Part shown: positions 9,905 to 20,143 of the stretch, piece by piece
How positions within the stretch are numbered: the first letter of the stretch is position 1
Layout of the letters: each line of letters opens with the position of its first letter
Assembly (NCBI GenBank): GCA_041649155.1
Contig: JBAZNP010000001.1
Span: 430,564-494,563 of the forward strand
Direction of reading: 5' to 3'
DNA length: 64,000 nucleotides
Source: Patescibacteria group bacterium
Lineage (GTDB): Bacteria; Patescibacteriota; UBA1384; XYA2-FULL-43-10; 1-14-0-10-43-13
Program-made: the position numbers and the translations under genes
Notes under the pieces: generated by a model
Told to the model about the DNA's origin: nothing
Databases searched by the model: none
Seen by the model: the letters and a program-made list of their open reading frames with translations, nothing else

Positions 9905-9934
9905 GGCTGGGCGATTTTTGTCCGGCCTTTTTTT
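9905..9934 (+). terminator. Intrinsic terminator
   Basis: GGCTGGGC-loop-GTCCGGCC-TTTTTTT. Confidence 0.7.
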
Positions 9935-9985
9935 ATTTCCAACATTGACTATCGGTTTTTATCGGGTAAAATGGTTTGTATAGTT

Positions 9986-10942
9986 ATGAAATTCATTTTA
10001 AATCTATTGCTTGGGATTGCGCTTCCGGCTTTTGCCGCATCCAATCTTTCGTCTGACGTAAATTTAAACAGTCAAAACAGTTCCGGGGCGGGAAGCCGTC
10101 CTTATATTATTGAAATTGTGAGCGCGAAAGGCGATAAGACTTCGGAGGTTAAAGGGATTAGCGATAAAGGTGATCCTTTTTTAATATCCGAACAGGTTGG
10201 GGCAAACCCGTATAAAGAAGACAAATTTAGTGCTTTTCCAAGCATTGATATGGGAATAGGCGGCAAGATCACTTTATATCGTGCTCCGGATTATAAAGTG
10301 AAGGACGGAAAGAAAGAATTTGTTGTAAGAAGCTGGGCTAAAACAGTCGGCGATTTGCTGGATGAAAATAAAATTGCGCTAGGACAAGATGATAAAATAA
10401 ATTTTTCTCCGAGTACTCCGCTGGAGTTGAATATGGACATTAACATTATTCGAGTTGCTAGAACAACAATGATTGAATATGAGTCGATTGATTATCAAAT
10501 AGTCAAAAAAGAAGATCCAAATTTAGAAAAGGGCAAAACTAAAGTTGAGCAGGCAGGTAAAAAAGGTAAGAAAAATTTATTTTATGAAGTGACAAGAGAA
10601 GACGGAGTTCAGGTCTCTAAGGTTTTGAAGAAGACTGAAGTTGCAGAAGAACCGGTTGACGAAAAAATTACTGTTGGTACGAAAATTGTTAGTTACGGGA
10701 CGGGTGTTGCCAGCTGGTATGTGAATTCAAATCAAATGATAGGTGCTTGCAATCTCGTGCCAAAGGGAACAAAAGTCAGAGTGGTTAATTTATCTAATGG
10801 CAAAAGTGTTGAAATTACTACTTCCGGCGGTGGACTCAGATCTGATCGTATAGTAGATTTGTCAACGGCTGCGTTTCAGGCTCTAGGGGCTTCCACGTCG
10901 CAGGGAGTCATTGGAAATGTTAGACTAGAAAAAGTGTACTGA
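9986..10942 (+). CDS. Secreted G5-domain protein with C-terminal RlpA-like domain (YabE/RpfB-like position before rsmA)
   Basis: Signal peptide, TVGDLL..KI.LG..DKI segment, G5 (DPNLEKGKTKVEQAGKKG..PVDEKITVGTK), GVASWY..RIVDLSTAAF. Confidence 0.82.
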   Translation: MKFILNLLLGIALPAFAASNLSSDVNLNSQNSSGAGSRPYIIEIVSAKGDKTSEVKGISDKGDPFLISEQVGANPYKEDKFSAFPSIDMGIGGKITLYRAPDYKVKDGKKEFVVRSWAKTVGDLLDENKIALGQDDKINFSPSTPLELNMDINIIRVARTTMIEYESIDYQIVKKEDPNLEKGKTKVEQAGKKGKKNLFYEVTREDGVQVSKVLKKTEVAEEPVDEKITVGTKIVSYGTGVASWYVNSNQMIGACNLVPKGTKVRVVNLSNGKSVEITTSGGGLRSDRIVDLSTAAFQALGASTSQGVIGNVRLEKVY

Positions 10943-10964
10943 AATAAAAATAAAAAAATTAATT

Positions 10965-11915
10965 ATGGATCTAACAAATAAATCAGAGTTGCTTGAGTAT
11001 TTGAAAAAGAATAATTTGTGGGCCAAGAAGGGTTTGGGCCAGAATTTTTTAGTTGATAAAAATGCTTTAGATCAAATTGTCGAAGCTGCGGAATTAACCT
11101 CACCCCAGCCCTCTCCTTCAGAAGGAGAGGGGGAATTGGTCGTGGAAGTTGGACCTGGCGTTGGAACTCTAACATTGGAATTAATAAAACAAGCCGGTGA
11201 AGTTGTTGCTGTTGAAATGGATGAGAAATTAGCAGAATTACTTAAGAGACAATTGTGTCATTCCCGATCTAGTCGGGAATCTACTATAGTGGATCCCCGC
11301 CTTCGCGGGGATGACAATGACAAGCTGAAAATTGTTTGCAGTGATATTCTGAGCGTCAACCTTAATGAGTTGGTGGGTGATCGCAAATACAAAGTGGTTG
11401 CCAACATTCCTTATTACATAACTTCAAAAATTATTGAATTGTTTTTGACGGCAGAAAATAAGCCGGAATCGATAGTGCTTCTGGTCCAGAAAGAGGTGGC
11501 GGAAAGAATTTGTGCCAAAGCCGGTGGCATGTCCGTTTTGTCTGTTTCAGTTCAGCTTTATGGTAAACCAGAAATTGTAGGCATTGTGCCGAAAGAATCT
11601 TTTTTTCCAAGTCCTAAAGTTGACTCGGCGATACTTAAAATATCGGACATTCAAGATCCATTCGACTCGCTATCGCTCGCTCAGGATGATACAAGAAACC
11701 TGTCAAAGTCGTTCTTCCGTTGTGTTCACATCGGCTTTGCATCACGAAGGAAAACTTTAGTGAATAACTTATCCGCAGGTTACCATATCGATAAGAAAAA
11801 AGCTTCTGATATAATAAATGCAATTGGATTAAGCGATAGTGTTAGAGCTCAAGAGCTGAGTATTGAAGATTGGGAAAAGTTGGCTCAAAAAATGAATCAC
11901 GAAGTAGGGAGTTGA
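10965..11915 (+). CDS. rsmA: 16S rRNA m6,2A dimethyltransferase
   Basis: KKGLGQNFL, EVGPGVGTLT, VANIPYYIT, FFPSPKVDSA; three repeat-derived segments. Confidence 0.96.
   Translation: MDLTNKSELLEYLKKNNLWAKKGLGQNFLVDKNALDQIVEAAELTSPQPSPSEGEGELVVEVGPGVGTLTLELIKQAGEVVAVEMDEKLAELLKRQLCHSRSSRESTIVDPRLRGDDNDKLKIVCSDILSVNLNELVGDRKYKVVANIPYYITSKIIELFLTAENKPESIVLLVQKEVAERICAKAGGMSVLSVSVQLYGKPEIVGIVPKESFFPSPKVDSAILKISDIQDPFDSLSLAQDDTRNLSKSFFRCVHIGFASRRKTLVNNLSAGYHIDKKKASDIINAIGLSDSVRAQELSIEDWEKLAQKMNHEVGS
11097..11132. repeat. BoxC/PIT-like triplex motif, in frame in rsmA
   Basis: ACCTCACCCCAGCCCTCTCCTTCAGAAGGAGAGGGG; relatives at 33691, 44602, 53473. Confidence 0.8.
11256..11316. repeat. TGTCAT..ATGACA palindromic element, in frame in rsmA
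   Basis: TGTCATTCCCGATCTAGTCGGGAATC..GGATCCCCGCCTTCGCGGGGATGACA. Confidence 0.88.
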
Positions 11916-11919
11916 CCAT

Positions 11920-13404
11920 ATGAGTGAGGGGAAAGAAAAATCTCAATTTAAAGAGGGTTTTGAGGCGGGGTATGAAAAATCGCAAAAACTTTTTACGCTT
12001 TCTGAGTTTCGTAATGAACTCGGCATTCCTTTGGTTTTTGCGAAAAAGCTTGTTGTTTGGGGTGAAGTTGAAGCGGTAAAAGCTGCTGACGGTACGCTTC
12101 GTATTTCTGAAGAAGAACTGCTTGAAGCCAAAGAAATTCTGAAAAATCCTTGGAAGCGAGGATATTTATATTTAAAATCTCTTGGTCCTGGTATTATTAC
12201 TGGTGCTGCTGACGATGATCCTTCCGGTATTGGCACATATTCTTCTGTGGGAGCGCAATTTGGTTATTCTTTTGTCTGGATGGCGCCCTGGCTTTTGCCT
12301 TTGATGACTGCCGTTCAAGAATCGTGTGCCAGAATTGGCATTGTTACAAACAAGGGTCTGGCCGGAGTTCTGTTAAAACACTACAAAAAAAGTATTGTGG
12401 CCAGCATTGCTGTGCTTCTTGTGATTGCCAACATTGCCAATATTGGAGCTGACATTGCTGCAATGACTGCATCGGTTAACCTTATCGTCCCAATAAATTT
12501 TACGATAACGGCAATTGTGATCGCTATTTTGATTATTGCTGTTGAACTAACCATACCGTATAGAAACTACGCTAAATTTTTGAAGTGGCTGGCGTTGTCG
12601 TTATTTGCCTACATAATTACCGGTTTTATGATCCACCCTGACTGGCTTGCTATTTTTAAAGAAGCAATTGTGCCGGATCTGTCTTGGAATAAAGATTATA
12701 TCTTCGCGATGGTGGCTGTATTTGGCACCACTATCTCTCCATATCTTTTCTTTTGGCAAACATCAGAGGAGGTGGAAGAGCAGGCAGCAGAAAAATTTGA
12801 GCATAAAAAACTTGATCGTATGAATAATAGAATTGCTAAAATGAGAACCGATGTTAAAAGTGGTATGATTTTTGCCAATTTCACATTTTTATTTATAGTT
12901 ATTACCACTGCTTCTGTTTTATCTAAAAACGGTATTACATCAATTGAGTCAGCTGAGCAGGCTGCATTAGCTCTGAAGCCTTTTGCTGGTGATTATGCCT
13001 TTTTATTATTTGCTCTTGGTATTATTGGCACTGGTCTTTTGGCGGTACCGGTTTTGGCTGGATCGGGTGCCTATGCTCTTTGCGAGTTGATGAATTGGAA
13101 GGAAGGTTTGGAGGAAAAATTCTCAAGAGCAAAAGCGTTCTATTCAATTATTGCAGTATCAATTTTAATTGGCTTGGCTATAAATTTCATTGGTATAAGT
13201 CCGATGAAAGCCCTGTACTATTCGGCGTGGCTTAATGGTGTCATGGCTGTTCCTCTTCTCTTTGTGATTATGATTGTCGGTAATGATAAGAAAATAATGG
13301 GAGCGGAAACCCATCCTAGATGGGTTAAAGTGTTTGGCTGGGCCGCCTTTATTTTCTCGGCATTGGCTGTTTTGGCGACGATTGCCTTTATGTTTATTAA
13401 GTAG
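11920..13404 (+). CDS. NRAMP-family divalent metal transporter with N-terminal HTH-like extension
   Basis: LGPGIITGAADDDPSGI, GTTISPYLFFWQ, many TM segments. Confidence 0.9.
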   Translation: MSEGKEKSQFKEGFEAGYEKSQKLFTLSEFRNELGIPLVFAKKLVVWGEVEAVKAADGTLRISEEELLEAKEILKNPWKRGYLYLKSLGPGIITGAADDDPSGIGTYSSVGAQFGYSFVWMAPWLLPLMTAVQESCARIGIVTNKGLAGVLLKHYKKSIVASIAVLLVIANIANIGADIAAMTASVNLIVPINFTITAIVIAILIIAVELTIPYRNYAKFLKWLALSLFAYIITGFMIHPDWLAIFKEAIVPDLSWNKDYIFAMVAVFGTTISPYLFFWQTSEEVEEQAAEKFEHKKLDRMNNRIAKMRTDVKSGMIFANFTFLFIVITTASVLSKNGITSIESAEQAALALKPFAGDYAFLLFALGIIGTGLLAVPVLAGSGAYALCELMNWKEGLEEKFSRAKAFYSIIAVSILIGLAINFIGISPMKALYYSAWLNGVMAVPLLFVIMIVGNDKKIMGAETHPRWVKVFGWAAFIFSALAVLATIAFMFIK

Positions 13405-13436
13405 CAAGTTATTCTCCTTTGTGTTATAGTGAGCGC

Positions 13437-14294
13437 ATGAAAAATATCTCAAAAACTGGGGATGCTTCTCCCAGAGAAGCGTCCCCACGATATGGAACGT
13501 TATATATTGTGGCTACTCCAATTGGCAATCTTGAAGACATTACACTTCGGGCGCTTCGTGTATTAAAGGAAGCCGATCTAATTGCCTGTGAAGACACTAG
13601 AGTAACGAGAAAATTACTCGAACATTTTGACATAAAAAATACAACAATATCGTATTTTCAACATTCCAAGCTATCTAAAATCGAATATATTATCAATCAA
13701 TTAACATTGGGTAAAAATATTGCTTTAGTCACAGATGCCGGAACGCCCGGCATTTCCGATCCGGGACAGGCCCTAATTCATAGAATTAGGGAAATTTCTA
13801 ATTCCAAATTTCTAATTTCTAATCAAAACCCAAATTCTAAAATCTCAAAAAGCTCAAATTGTCATCCTGAACTTGTTTCAGGATCTCATGGGATTTTGGA
13901 TCAAATCTGGAATGATAATAAAGAAATTAAAATAATTCCCATTCCGGGTTCTTCGGCACTCACGGCTGCGGCTTCTGTTTCAGGGATGATTGAAAAAGAA
14001 TTTTATTTTGCTGGTTTTCTGCCAAAGAAAAAAGGCCGACAAACTAAATTTAAGGAACTTTCCAAATTAAATGTTCCAATAGTCATCTATGAATCAGCTA
14101 ACCGCTTGGAAAAGGCTTTGGGGGAAATTAGAGAATATTTTGGGGACAACACCAAAGTCTTTATTGCTCGCGAAATCACCAAAATGTTTGAAGAATATTG
14201 GGGCGGAAGCGTTGATGAGATTATAAAAGATCTACCAAATCATCAATTGAAGGGGGAAGTGGCATTGATTATTAAAAATAATAAAATTAGATAG
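13437..14294 (+). CDS. rsmI: 16S rRNA C1402 2'-O-methyltransferase
   Basis: LYIVATPIGNLEDITLRAL, ACEDTR, DAGTPGISDPG, ARE.TK; large repeat-derived insert. Confidence 0.95.
   Translation: MKNISKTGDASPREASPRYGTLYIVATPIGNLEDITLRALRVLKEADLIACEDTRVTRKLLEHFDIKNTTISYFQHSKLSKIEYIINQLTLGKNIALVTDAGTPGISDPGQALIHRIREISNSKFLISNQNPNSKISKSSNCHPELVSGSHGILDQIWNDNKEIKIIPIPGSSALTAAASVSGMIEKEFYFAGFLPKKKGRQTKFKELSKLNVPIVIYESANRLEKALGEIREYFGDNTKVFIAREITKMFEEYWGGSVDEIIKDLPNHQLKGEVALIIKNNKIR
13792..13917. repeat. ATTTCTA heptamer tract plus TGTCATCCTGAA palindrome, in frame in rsmI
   Basis: Encodes ISNSKFLISNQNPNSKISK..CHPELVSGSHGILDQIWND. Confidence 0.8.
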
Positions 14295-14358
14295 TTTTTA
14301 AGCTTTTTATTAACTTTTCTTAATATTTTCTTAAGAGTTGAAGGATATAATAACTCTT

Positions 14359-15108
14359 ATGAATAAAGTATACACTCTAAAAGATAATGATCTTGTTTTG
14401 GGTTTTGACAAGAAATATGTGCTCAGGATAAAAGACCTTGATGAGGCTGACAAGCCGAGAGAAAAACTCATAAAACACGGATCTGATTTCCTTTCAGTTT
14501 CCGAGCTTTTGGCTGTCATATTTAATGTCGGGACAAAGAAAGAAAATGTTCTGGAGATGACTCAGCGTATTCTTAGGGAATATGGAGAAAAGGCGATTGT
14601 GAGTGAGAAAAGGCCGGCTAGTCTGGCTAAAGAACTGGAAATTCCTCTTAATAAAGCTTGCCAAGTTGTTGCTTGTTTCGAGTTGGGAAGGAGGTATTTC
14701 TCGGAAAAAGACGGAAAAGCAGTGTTTGTAAGAACAGCAAAACAGGCGTTTGATTATCTTTCTGATATGCAAAATTTGCCAAAAGAATGTTTCAGAGGGC
14801 TGTATTTAAATAGCCGATACCAAATCATTCATGATGAAGTTATCTCGATAGGGAGTTTAACTTCGAACATTGTTCATGCCAGAGAGGTTTTTCGTCCGGC
14901 TGTTGAGTGTTCGGCGGCGGCAATCATTGTCGCGCATAATCACCCGTCCGGAAGCTTGAAACCAACTCAGTCCGACATTGAAGTCACGGAAAAACTAGTT
15001 AAAGCGGGCGAAGTTTTGGGAATTGATATTTTAGACCATCTTGTTATTGCGAAAAATAAATTTATTAGTATTTTAGAGGATAAAGATTATGAAAATGAAA
15101 AATTATAG
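14359..15108 (+). CDS. radC: RadC/JAB-domain protein
   Basis: KPREKL, VHAREVF, AHNHPSG, DHLVI. Confidence 0.92.
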   Translation: MNKVYTLKDNDLVLGFDKKYVLRIKDLDEADKPREKLIKHGSDFLSVSELLAVIFNVGTKKENVLEMTQRILREYGEKAIVSEKRPASLAKELEIPLNKACQVVACFELGRRYFSEKDGKAVFVRTAKQAFDYLSDMQNLPKECFRGLYLNSRYQIIHDEVISIGSLTSNIVHAREVFRPAVECSAAAIIVAHNHPSGSLKPTQSDIEVTEKLVKAGEVLGIDILDHLVIAKNKFISILEDKDYENEKL

Positions 15109-15376
15109 CATGGACCCGAATGAGTTCTTATTGCTTGCAGAGGAACAGTCAAGCGCATTTATCAACGATTTAGAGCTTCATGATTCTGGAAACGGGACAA
15201 GGGAGGGGCTAAAATTTCACATTAGTTCAGATGATTATTTTGGTACTTTGGCTTCAATCATGCGCTTGCTTATGGACGAAAAATTGGATCACAGCCCAAA
15301 ACATAAAGAGGCAATGCAAAAAATTGCGGATGATCTCATCTTTCTGCAAAAGAACTACAAAATCGCTAAGAAGTAG
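15089..15376 (+). CDS. Hypothetical protein
   Basis: 95-aa ORF overlapping the radC end. Confidence 0.65.
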   Translation: MKMKNYSMDPNEFLLLAEEQSSAFINDLELHDSGNGTREGLKFHISSDDYFGTLASIMRLLMDEKLDHSPKHKEAMQKIADDLIFLQKNYKIAKK

Positions 15377-15377
15377 C

Positions 15378-15497
15378 AACAACAGATTACAGATAATACC
15401 AATAATAACAAATCACTAATAATACAGATAATACGAATGGGGAGGTAATGCGAACCAGGAAATCTGTATTATTCGTACAATTCGTCATCTGTTGTTT
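15378..15497. repeat. ACAGAT-based degenerate inverted-arm element
   Basis: AACAGATTACAGATAATAC..TACAGATAATACGAAT ... ATCTGTATTATTCGTA..ATCTGTTGTT; related tract at 1971-2003. Confidence 0.6.
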
Positions 15498-15625
15498 AAT
15501 TGTTTTGTTCTTGTGGGACGGGGGTGATTTTGGTAATATCAAATAAGAAAACAACAGATGGTGAATATTACAGATTACATAGAAAGATTGCCACGGTCGC
15601 CAAGATGACCTCGCAATGACAAAAT

Positions 15626-17107
15626 ATGGCGAAAAAAATTTACATTACAACTGCGATTGATTATGTTAATGCCAAGCCCCATGTCGGCCACGCGGTCGAA
15701 AAAGTGCAGGCTGACGTTTTGGCGCGCTGGTATCGGAATGTGCAAAATCAGGACGTTTATTTTGTTAGTGGAGCGGACGAGAATAGCTTAAAAAATGTTC
15801 AGGCAGCCAGAAAAGTTGGCAAGCCGGTCAAAGAATATGTTGATGAGTATGTTAAATATTTTGAAAACCTAAAAAAAGAATTTAACCTTTCATATGATTG
15901 TTTCGTTCGCACAACAGAAGAAAGACATTTTAAGGGTGCTCAAAAATTCTGGAATTTATTTAAAAAAGAAGATATTTATAAGAAAAATTACAAGGGATAT
16001 TATTGTGTCGGTTGCGAGGAATTCAAGCTCGAAAAGGATTTAATTGATGGGAAATGTCCCGAGCATGGAACGGCTCCTGAGCTTATCGAAGAAGAAAATT
16101 ATTTTTTTGCTCTTTCCAAGTATCAAGACCAGTTAATCAAACTTATCGAGAGCGGTAAGCTTGAAATTTTGCCTGATTTTCGCAAAAACGAAGTCTTAAG
16201 TTTTATTAAGGGCGGTTTAGCGGATTTTTCGATCTCCCGATCGGTGGAACGTGCGGAAAACTGGGGTGTGCCGGTTCCAAACGATCCAAGTCAGGTGATG
16301 TATGTATGGGTAGATGCGCTGTCGAACTACATCACTGCTTTGGATTTTGATACTGACGGGGAACTTTATAAAAAATATTGGGAAGGATCTGATGAGAGAA
16401 TTCATGTAATCGGGAAGGGAATTTTACGATTTCATGCGGTATATTGGACAGCGATGCTTTTGTCAGCCGGTCTTCCTTTGCCGACAAAAATTATTTCTCA
16501 CGAATATATTACGATTGACGGAAAGAAAATATCTAAATCATTGGGCAATGTTATAAATCCTGAAGAAGTGGCTGACAAATTTGGTGTTGACGGATCGAGA
16601 TATCTTTTGGTTTCTTCTTTGCCAAGCTCAAAGGACGGAGATATAAGTTGGGAAAAGATGGAAGAAAAGTATAAGGCTGATCTTTCGAATAGCTTGGGGA
16701 ATTTGGTTCAAAGAACTATCTCAATGATCAATAAATATGAAATCAAAACGGATAGGAAGATGCGATACTATTCTCAGGAGGAGATATCGGATGCAGACGA
16801 AGAAAAGACTGCAAAGCTGATTTATGATGATTATATGACTGAATTTAAGTTTGATTTTGTTCTGCAGGGAGTTTGGGGCGAAATAAGAAAGTTGAATATT
16901 TTTATTGATGACAAAAAACCTTGGGTTCTTGCTAAAGAAGACGACACCGCTGAACTCGCAAGAGTTTTAAATGTTGTTTACTGGGAGCTGTTTGATATCG
17001 CCAAGATGGCGGAACCTTTTATGCCGGAAATAGCTGAAAAGATTAAAGATCAGTTAGAAAGTTTGAAACCGGAACCACTGTTTCCAAGATTGAACGAGGA
17101 AAAATAA
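15626..17107 (+). CDS. metG: Methionyl-tRNA synthetase
   Basis: HVGH, KISKS, YVWVDALSNY, GKGILRFH. Confidence 0.96.
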   Translation: MAKKIYITTAIDYVNAKPHVGHAVEKVQADVLARWYRNVQNQDVYFVSGADENSLKNVQAARKVGKPVKEYVDEYVKYFENLKKEFNLSYDCFVRTTEERHFKGAQKFWNLFKKEDIYKKNYKGYYCVGCEEFKLEKDLIDGKCPEHGTAPELIEEENYFFALSKYQDQLIKLIESGKLEILPDFRKNEVLSFIKGGLADFSISRSVERAENWGVPVPNDPSQVMYVWVDALSNYITALDFDTDGELYKKYWEGSDERIHVIGKGILRFHAVYWTAMLLSAGLPLPTKIISHEYITIDGKKISKSLGNVINPEEVADKFGVDGSRYLLVSSLPSSKDGDISWEKMEEKYKADLSNSLGNLVQRTISMINKYEIKTDRKMRYYSQEEISDADEEKTAKLIYDDYMTEFKFDFVLQGVWGEIRKLNIFIDDKKPWVLAKEDDTAELARVLNVVYWELFDIAKMAEPFMPEIAEKIKDQLESLKPEPLFPRLNEEK

Positions 17108-17114
17108 ATCAAAA

Positions 17115-17228
17115 TGTCATTCCCGCCCCGATGAGTTATCGGGGTAAACATCTGGCGGTAATCCAGAAACTATTGTATAGATCCCCGGGCACCACTTCAA
17201 AGCTACACCGCTGGTCCCGAGGATGACA
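17115..17228. repeat. Expanded TGTCAT..ATGACA palindromic element with extra sequence in both loops
   Basis: TGTCATTCCCGCC[CCGATGAGTTATCGGGG..]GGCGGTAATCC..GATCCCCGGG[..]CCCGAGGATGACA. Confidence 0.8.
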
Positions 17229-17243
17229 GAAAGTAGGAGGGTC

Positions 17244-18083
17244 ATGTTTGAAGTAATTATTGCATCACTAGGATATGCCGGCGGCGTTATTGCTGACAAG
17301 TTTGTGTTATGCAAATATAGAGTGCCGGTGATGCGATTCATTCCGCTTTTATTTATTTGGCTGGCCATAATTACGGCAGTCTTTTTGCCGAGGTGGGGCG
17401 GTTTTAACTTTGATTTAATATCAGATTGGAAATATATAGCACTTTTTGTGCTAATGATTTTGATCGCAATTTGTTGGAATTTGCTTTATTATCAGGGAAT
17501 TCAAAAGGAGGATCTGCATGAGTTTGAGTTGATAATGCTTTTATCTCCACTTATGACGATTATTTTCGCCACGGTATTTTTGCCAACCGAGCGAGACTGG
17601 AGCATTTTTGTGCCTGGCATTATTGCTACTGGAGCGCTTCTGGCAACTCGCTTCAGGGGCCACCACGTTCGAATTGGCAAAGTGGCTTGGAGGACAATAA
17701 TAGCGATGATTCTAATGTCTTTAGAGTCGATACTTATCAAAGAGTTACTCGGGGCACTTTCTCCTGTTGCTTTGTATTTTGCTCGTACAGTAGTAATAGC
17801 AATTGTATTTTTGATTATGTTTAAGCCTAAGCTATTAGAAATGCACCGTAATGCCTTTGCTCTGGCTATTCTTTCAGCTGTGTTCGGTGTTGTCCAAATG
17901 GTTTTAAAGTTTTATGGCTTTCAAAGCTTGGGAGTGATCGAAACAACTATGATTTTAGTTTTGGGTCCGTTTCTTGTTTATCTTGCTTCCTCAGCATTTT
18001 TTAAAGAACATTTATACAAAAGAGATGTTTTCGCGGCCATAACTGTGGTACTTTGTATTTTATATGTACAGTTTTGGAGATAA
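17244..18083 (+). CDS. DMT/EamA-family transporter
   Basis: About 10 TM segments in two halves; AGGAGG RBS before ATG 17244. Confidence 0.8.
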   Translation: MFEVIIASLGYAGGVIADKFVLCKYRVPVMRFIPLLFIWLAIITAVFLPRWGGFNFDLISDWKYIALFVLMILIAICWNLLYYQGIQKEDLHEFELIMLLSPLMTIIFATVFLPTERDWSIFVPGIIATGALLATRFRGHHVRIGKVAWRTIIAMILMSLESILIKELLGALSPVALYFARTVVIAIVFLIMFKPKLLEMHRNAFALAILSAVFGVVQMVLKFYGFQSLGVIETTMILVLGPFLVYLASSAFFKEHLYKRDVFAAITVVLCILYVQFWR

Positions 18084-18086
18084 AAT

Positions 18087-18157
18087 AGTTATCAGTAAAT
18101 CAGTTGTTAGCTGTCAGTTTTAAAAACTTAGAACTGATTCACTTACAACTTACAACT
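18087..18157. repeat. AGTTGTC/TACAACT inverted-arm element
   Basis: AGTTATCAGTAAATCAGTTGTT ... CTGATTCACTTACAACTTACAACT fills the gap up to the tatD ATG. Confidence 0.75.
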
Positions 18158-18159
18158 TT

Positions 18160-18945
18160 ATGTTCATTGATACTCATGCACATTTGAATTTCCCTGAATT
18201 TAAACACGAAGTGTCGTCGGTTTTGGGTCGGGCAAAAAGCGCTGGAGTCGATAAGATCATCAATGTTGGTGTTGATCTGCCGACTTCCAAAACTTCCTGC
18301 GATCTGGCTAGGCGTTATCCGGAAGTTTACGCTACTGTTGGAATTCATCCTCATTCTGCACTTGATTTAGATATTGAAAGCCGAGGAATTTTGCTGGCAT
18401 ACGCAGGTCAGCAAAAAGTGGTTGCCATCGGGGAAATTGGTCTTGACTATTATTACTTAAAGCGATCGTCTCAGTTTGCCCGTTATCCCTCGCGGGAAGA
18501 GCAGATTTTTTGCTTTGAACAAATGCTTGATCTGGCAATGGAGACTAATTTTCCGATTATTGTTCATTGCAGGGAAGCTGAAGCTGACATTCTGGCCATT
18601 CTTAAAAGTTACAGTGGAAACTTAAGAGGCGTACTCCATTGTTTTTCCAGCGATTATGCTTTTGCTGAAAAAATATTAGATATTGGTTTAGCAATTTCTT
18701 TTACGGGAAATATCACTTTTAAGAAAAATACTGAAATTCAGGATGCAGCAAAAAGAATTCCAATCGGTTCGATAATGGTCGAGACTGACTGCCCTTATTT
18801 GTCTCCCGAGCCGTACCGTGGTAAGAGAAATGAGCCTGCTTATGTGGTTGAAGTGGCGAAGAAAATTGCTGAAATCAAAGATTTGAGTCTGGCTGAGGTT
18901 GAAAAGGAGACGACCAAAAAAGCTAATAAGCTTTTTAAACTCTAG
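18160..18945 (+). CDS. tatD: TatD-family DNase
   Basis: DTHAHL, GIHPH, GEIGLDY, HCRE, HCF, ETDCPYL. Confidence 0.95.
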   Translation: MFIDTHAHLNFPEFKHEVSSVLGRAKSAGVDKIINVGVDLPTSKTSCDLARRYPEVYATVGIHPHSALDLDIESRGILLAYAGQQKVVAIGEIGLDYYYLKRSSQFARYPSREEQIFCFEQMLDLAMETNFPIIVHCREAEADILAILKSYSGNLRGVLHCFSSDYAFAEKILDIGLAISFTGNITFKKNTEIQDAAKRIPIGSIMVETDCPYLSPEPYRGKRNEPAYVVEVAKKIAEIKDLSLAEVEKETTKKANKLFKL

Positions 18946-19045
18946 GGAAGTGTTGCTGATATTGTTAAAATATTAAAAAAAGACAATTGTATTATGATTA
19001 GTCATTTTTTATTGATATACTAATATAGTTTAAGAGTGAGGGGCA

Positions 19046-20143
19046 ATGGCAAAATCTGTCGTTCTGGAAGTCAAAAATGTGAAGAAAACTTTTCATCTTG
19101 GTAAAGAAGATCTTGAAGTTTTAAAGGGAATAAATTTAGAGATCTATTCTGGTGAATATGTTATATTTTTTGGTCCCTCCGGTTGTGGAAAATCAACTTT
19201 GTTAAATGTACTATCCGGTTTGGAGCCTCCTACCGAGGGCCAGCTTTTGGTTAGGGGGGAATCTCTCTATAAAAAAAGTCAGAAAGAAATCACGGACTAC
19301 CGGCGTTCCAAGATCGGAATTGTTTTTCAGCAATTTAATTTGCTTCGAGCACTTACAATTCAGGAAAATATTGCTTTGCCGCTTGCTGCCGGTGGTGAGG
19401 GTTATAAGAAAAGAATGGACAGGGCAGCCCATCTTTTAGATACGGTTGGGCTAAAAAAATATATGAAACATAAGCCGACAGAACTTTCAGGGGGGCAGCA
19501 ACAGAGGGTGGCGATCGGGAGAGCGTTGTCAACAAATCCGTGGATATTGATATGCGATGAACCCACAGGGAATCTGGATTCAAAGTCGGCTGATGAAATA
19601 ATGAATATTATTGAAGGATTAAATTCTAAATCAAAGAGAACTGTTTTATTGGTAACTCATAACCCTGACTATTTGCATTTTCCTCACAGAGTTTTTTATT
19701 TGAAAGATGGTGAAATAATAAAAACTCAGGTTAATCGCGATATTACAAAAGAAGATTCAGGCCATCACGATCTTTCTTCTGGCAATATTGACTATAAATC
19801 GGCTTTTGAAAATATTAGCAGACCAAAAGGAACAGAAGATTCTGCTAAAAATGAGACTGAGCAAAATATTAAACATGACGATGAGACTAAGGTGTCCGAG
19901 AGAGACAAGCTTGAGAATGTTGATAAATTCCCAAGCTATGCTTCCGTGAAAAAAAATGAAAAGAACGATGATTCTGATTCGCTAAAAGATAATGAGCAAC
20001 CATCGCAACAAAAGAGTTCTTCGAAAGAATTATTTTCTCCTGAGCCAGTAGAAAAACCAACTGAGAGAGGGGTATTTGAGTTACTGGATTACTATAATAA
20101 AAAACAGCCTGCAGTTGAGATTGAGTCAGAGGAGAAAGAATGA
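19046..20143 (+). CDS. ABC transporter ATPase (LolD/MacB-like) with long disordered C-terminal tail
   Basis: GPSGCGKST, LSGGQQQRV, CDEPTGNLD. Confidence 0.92.
   Translation: MAKSVVLEVKNVKKTFHLGKEDLEVLKGINLEIYSGEYVIFFGPSGCGKSTLLNVLSGLEPPTEGQLLVRGESLYKKSQKEITDYRRSKIGIVFQQFNLLRALTIQENIALPLAAGGEGYKKRMDRAAHLLDTVGLKKYMKHKPTELSGGQQQRVAIGRALSTNPWILICDEPTGNLDSKSADEIMNIIEGLNSKSKRTVLLVTHNPDYLHFPHRVFYLKDGEIIKTQVNRDITKEDSGHHDLSSGNIDYKSAFENISRPKGTEDSAKNETEQNIKHDDETKVSERDKLENVDKFPSYASVKKNEKNDDSDSLKDNEQPSQQKSSSKELFSPEPVEKPTERGVFELLDYYNKKQPAVEIESEEKE

Noticed and set aside
10965-11915. Recoded TGA (code 25)
   Set aside because: rsmA, recG and comM end at TGA at their expected C-termini and long ORFs are intact under the standard code.
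9289-13917. Inteins or self-splicing introns as the explanation for in-frame inserts
   Set aside because: Inserts are 20-130 nt, far too short, lack intein termini and match intergenic repeats.
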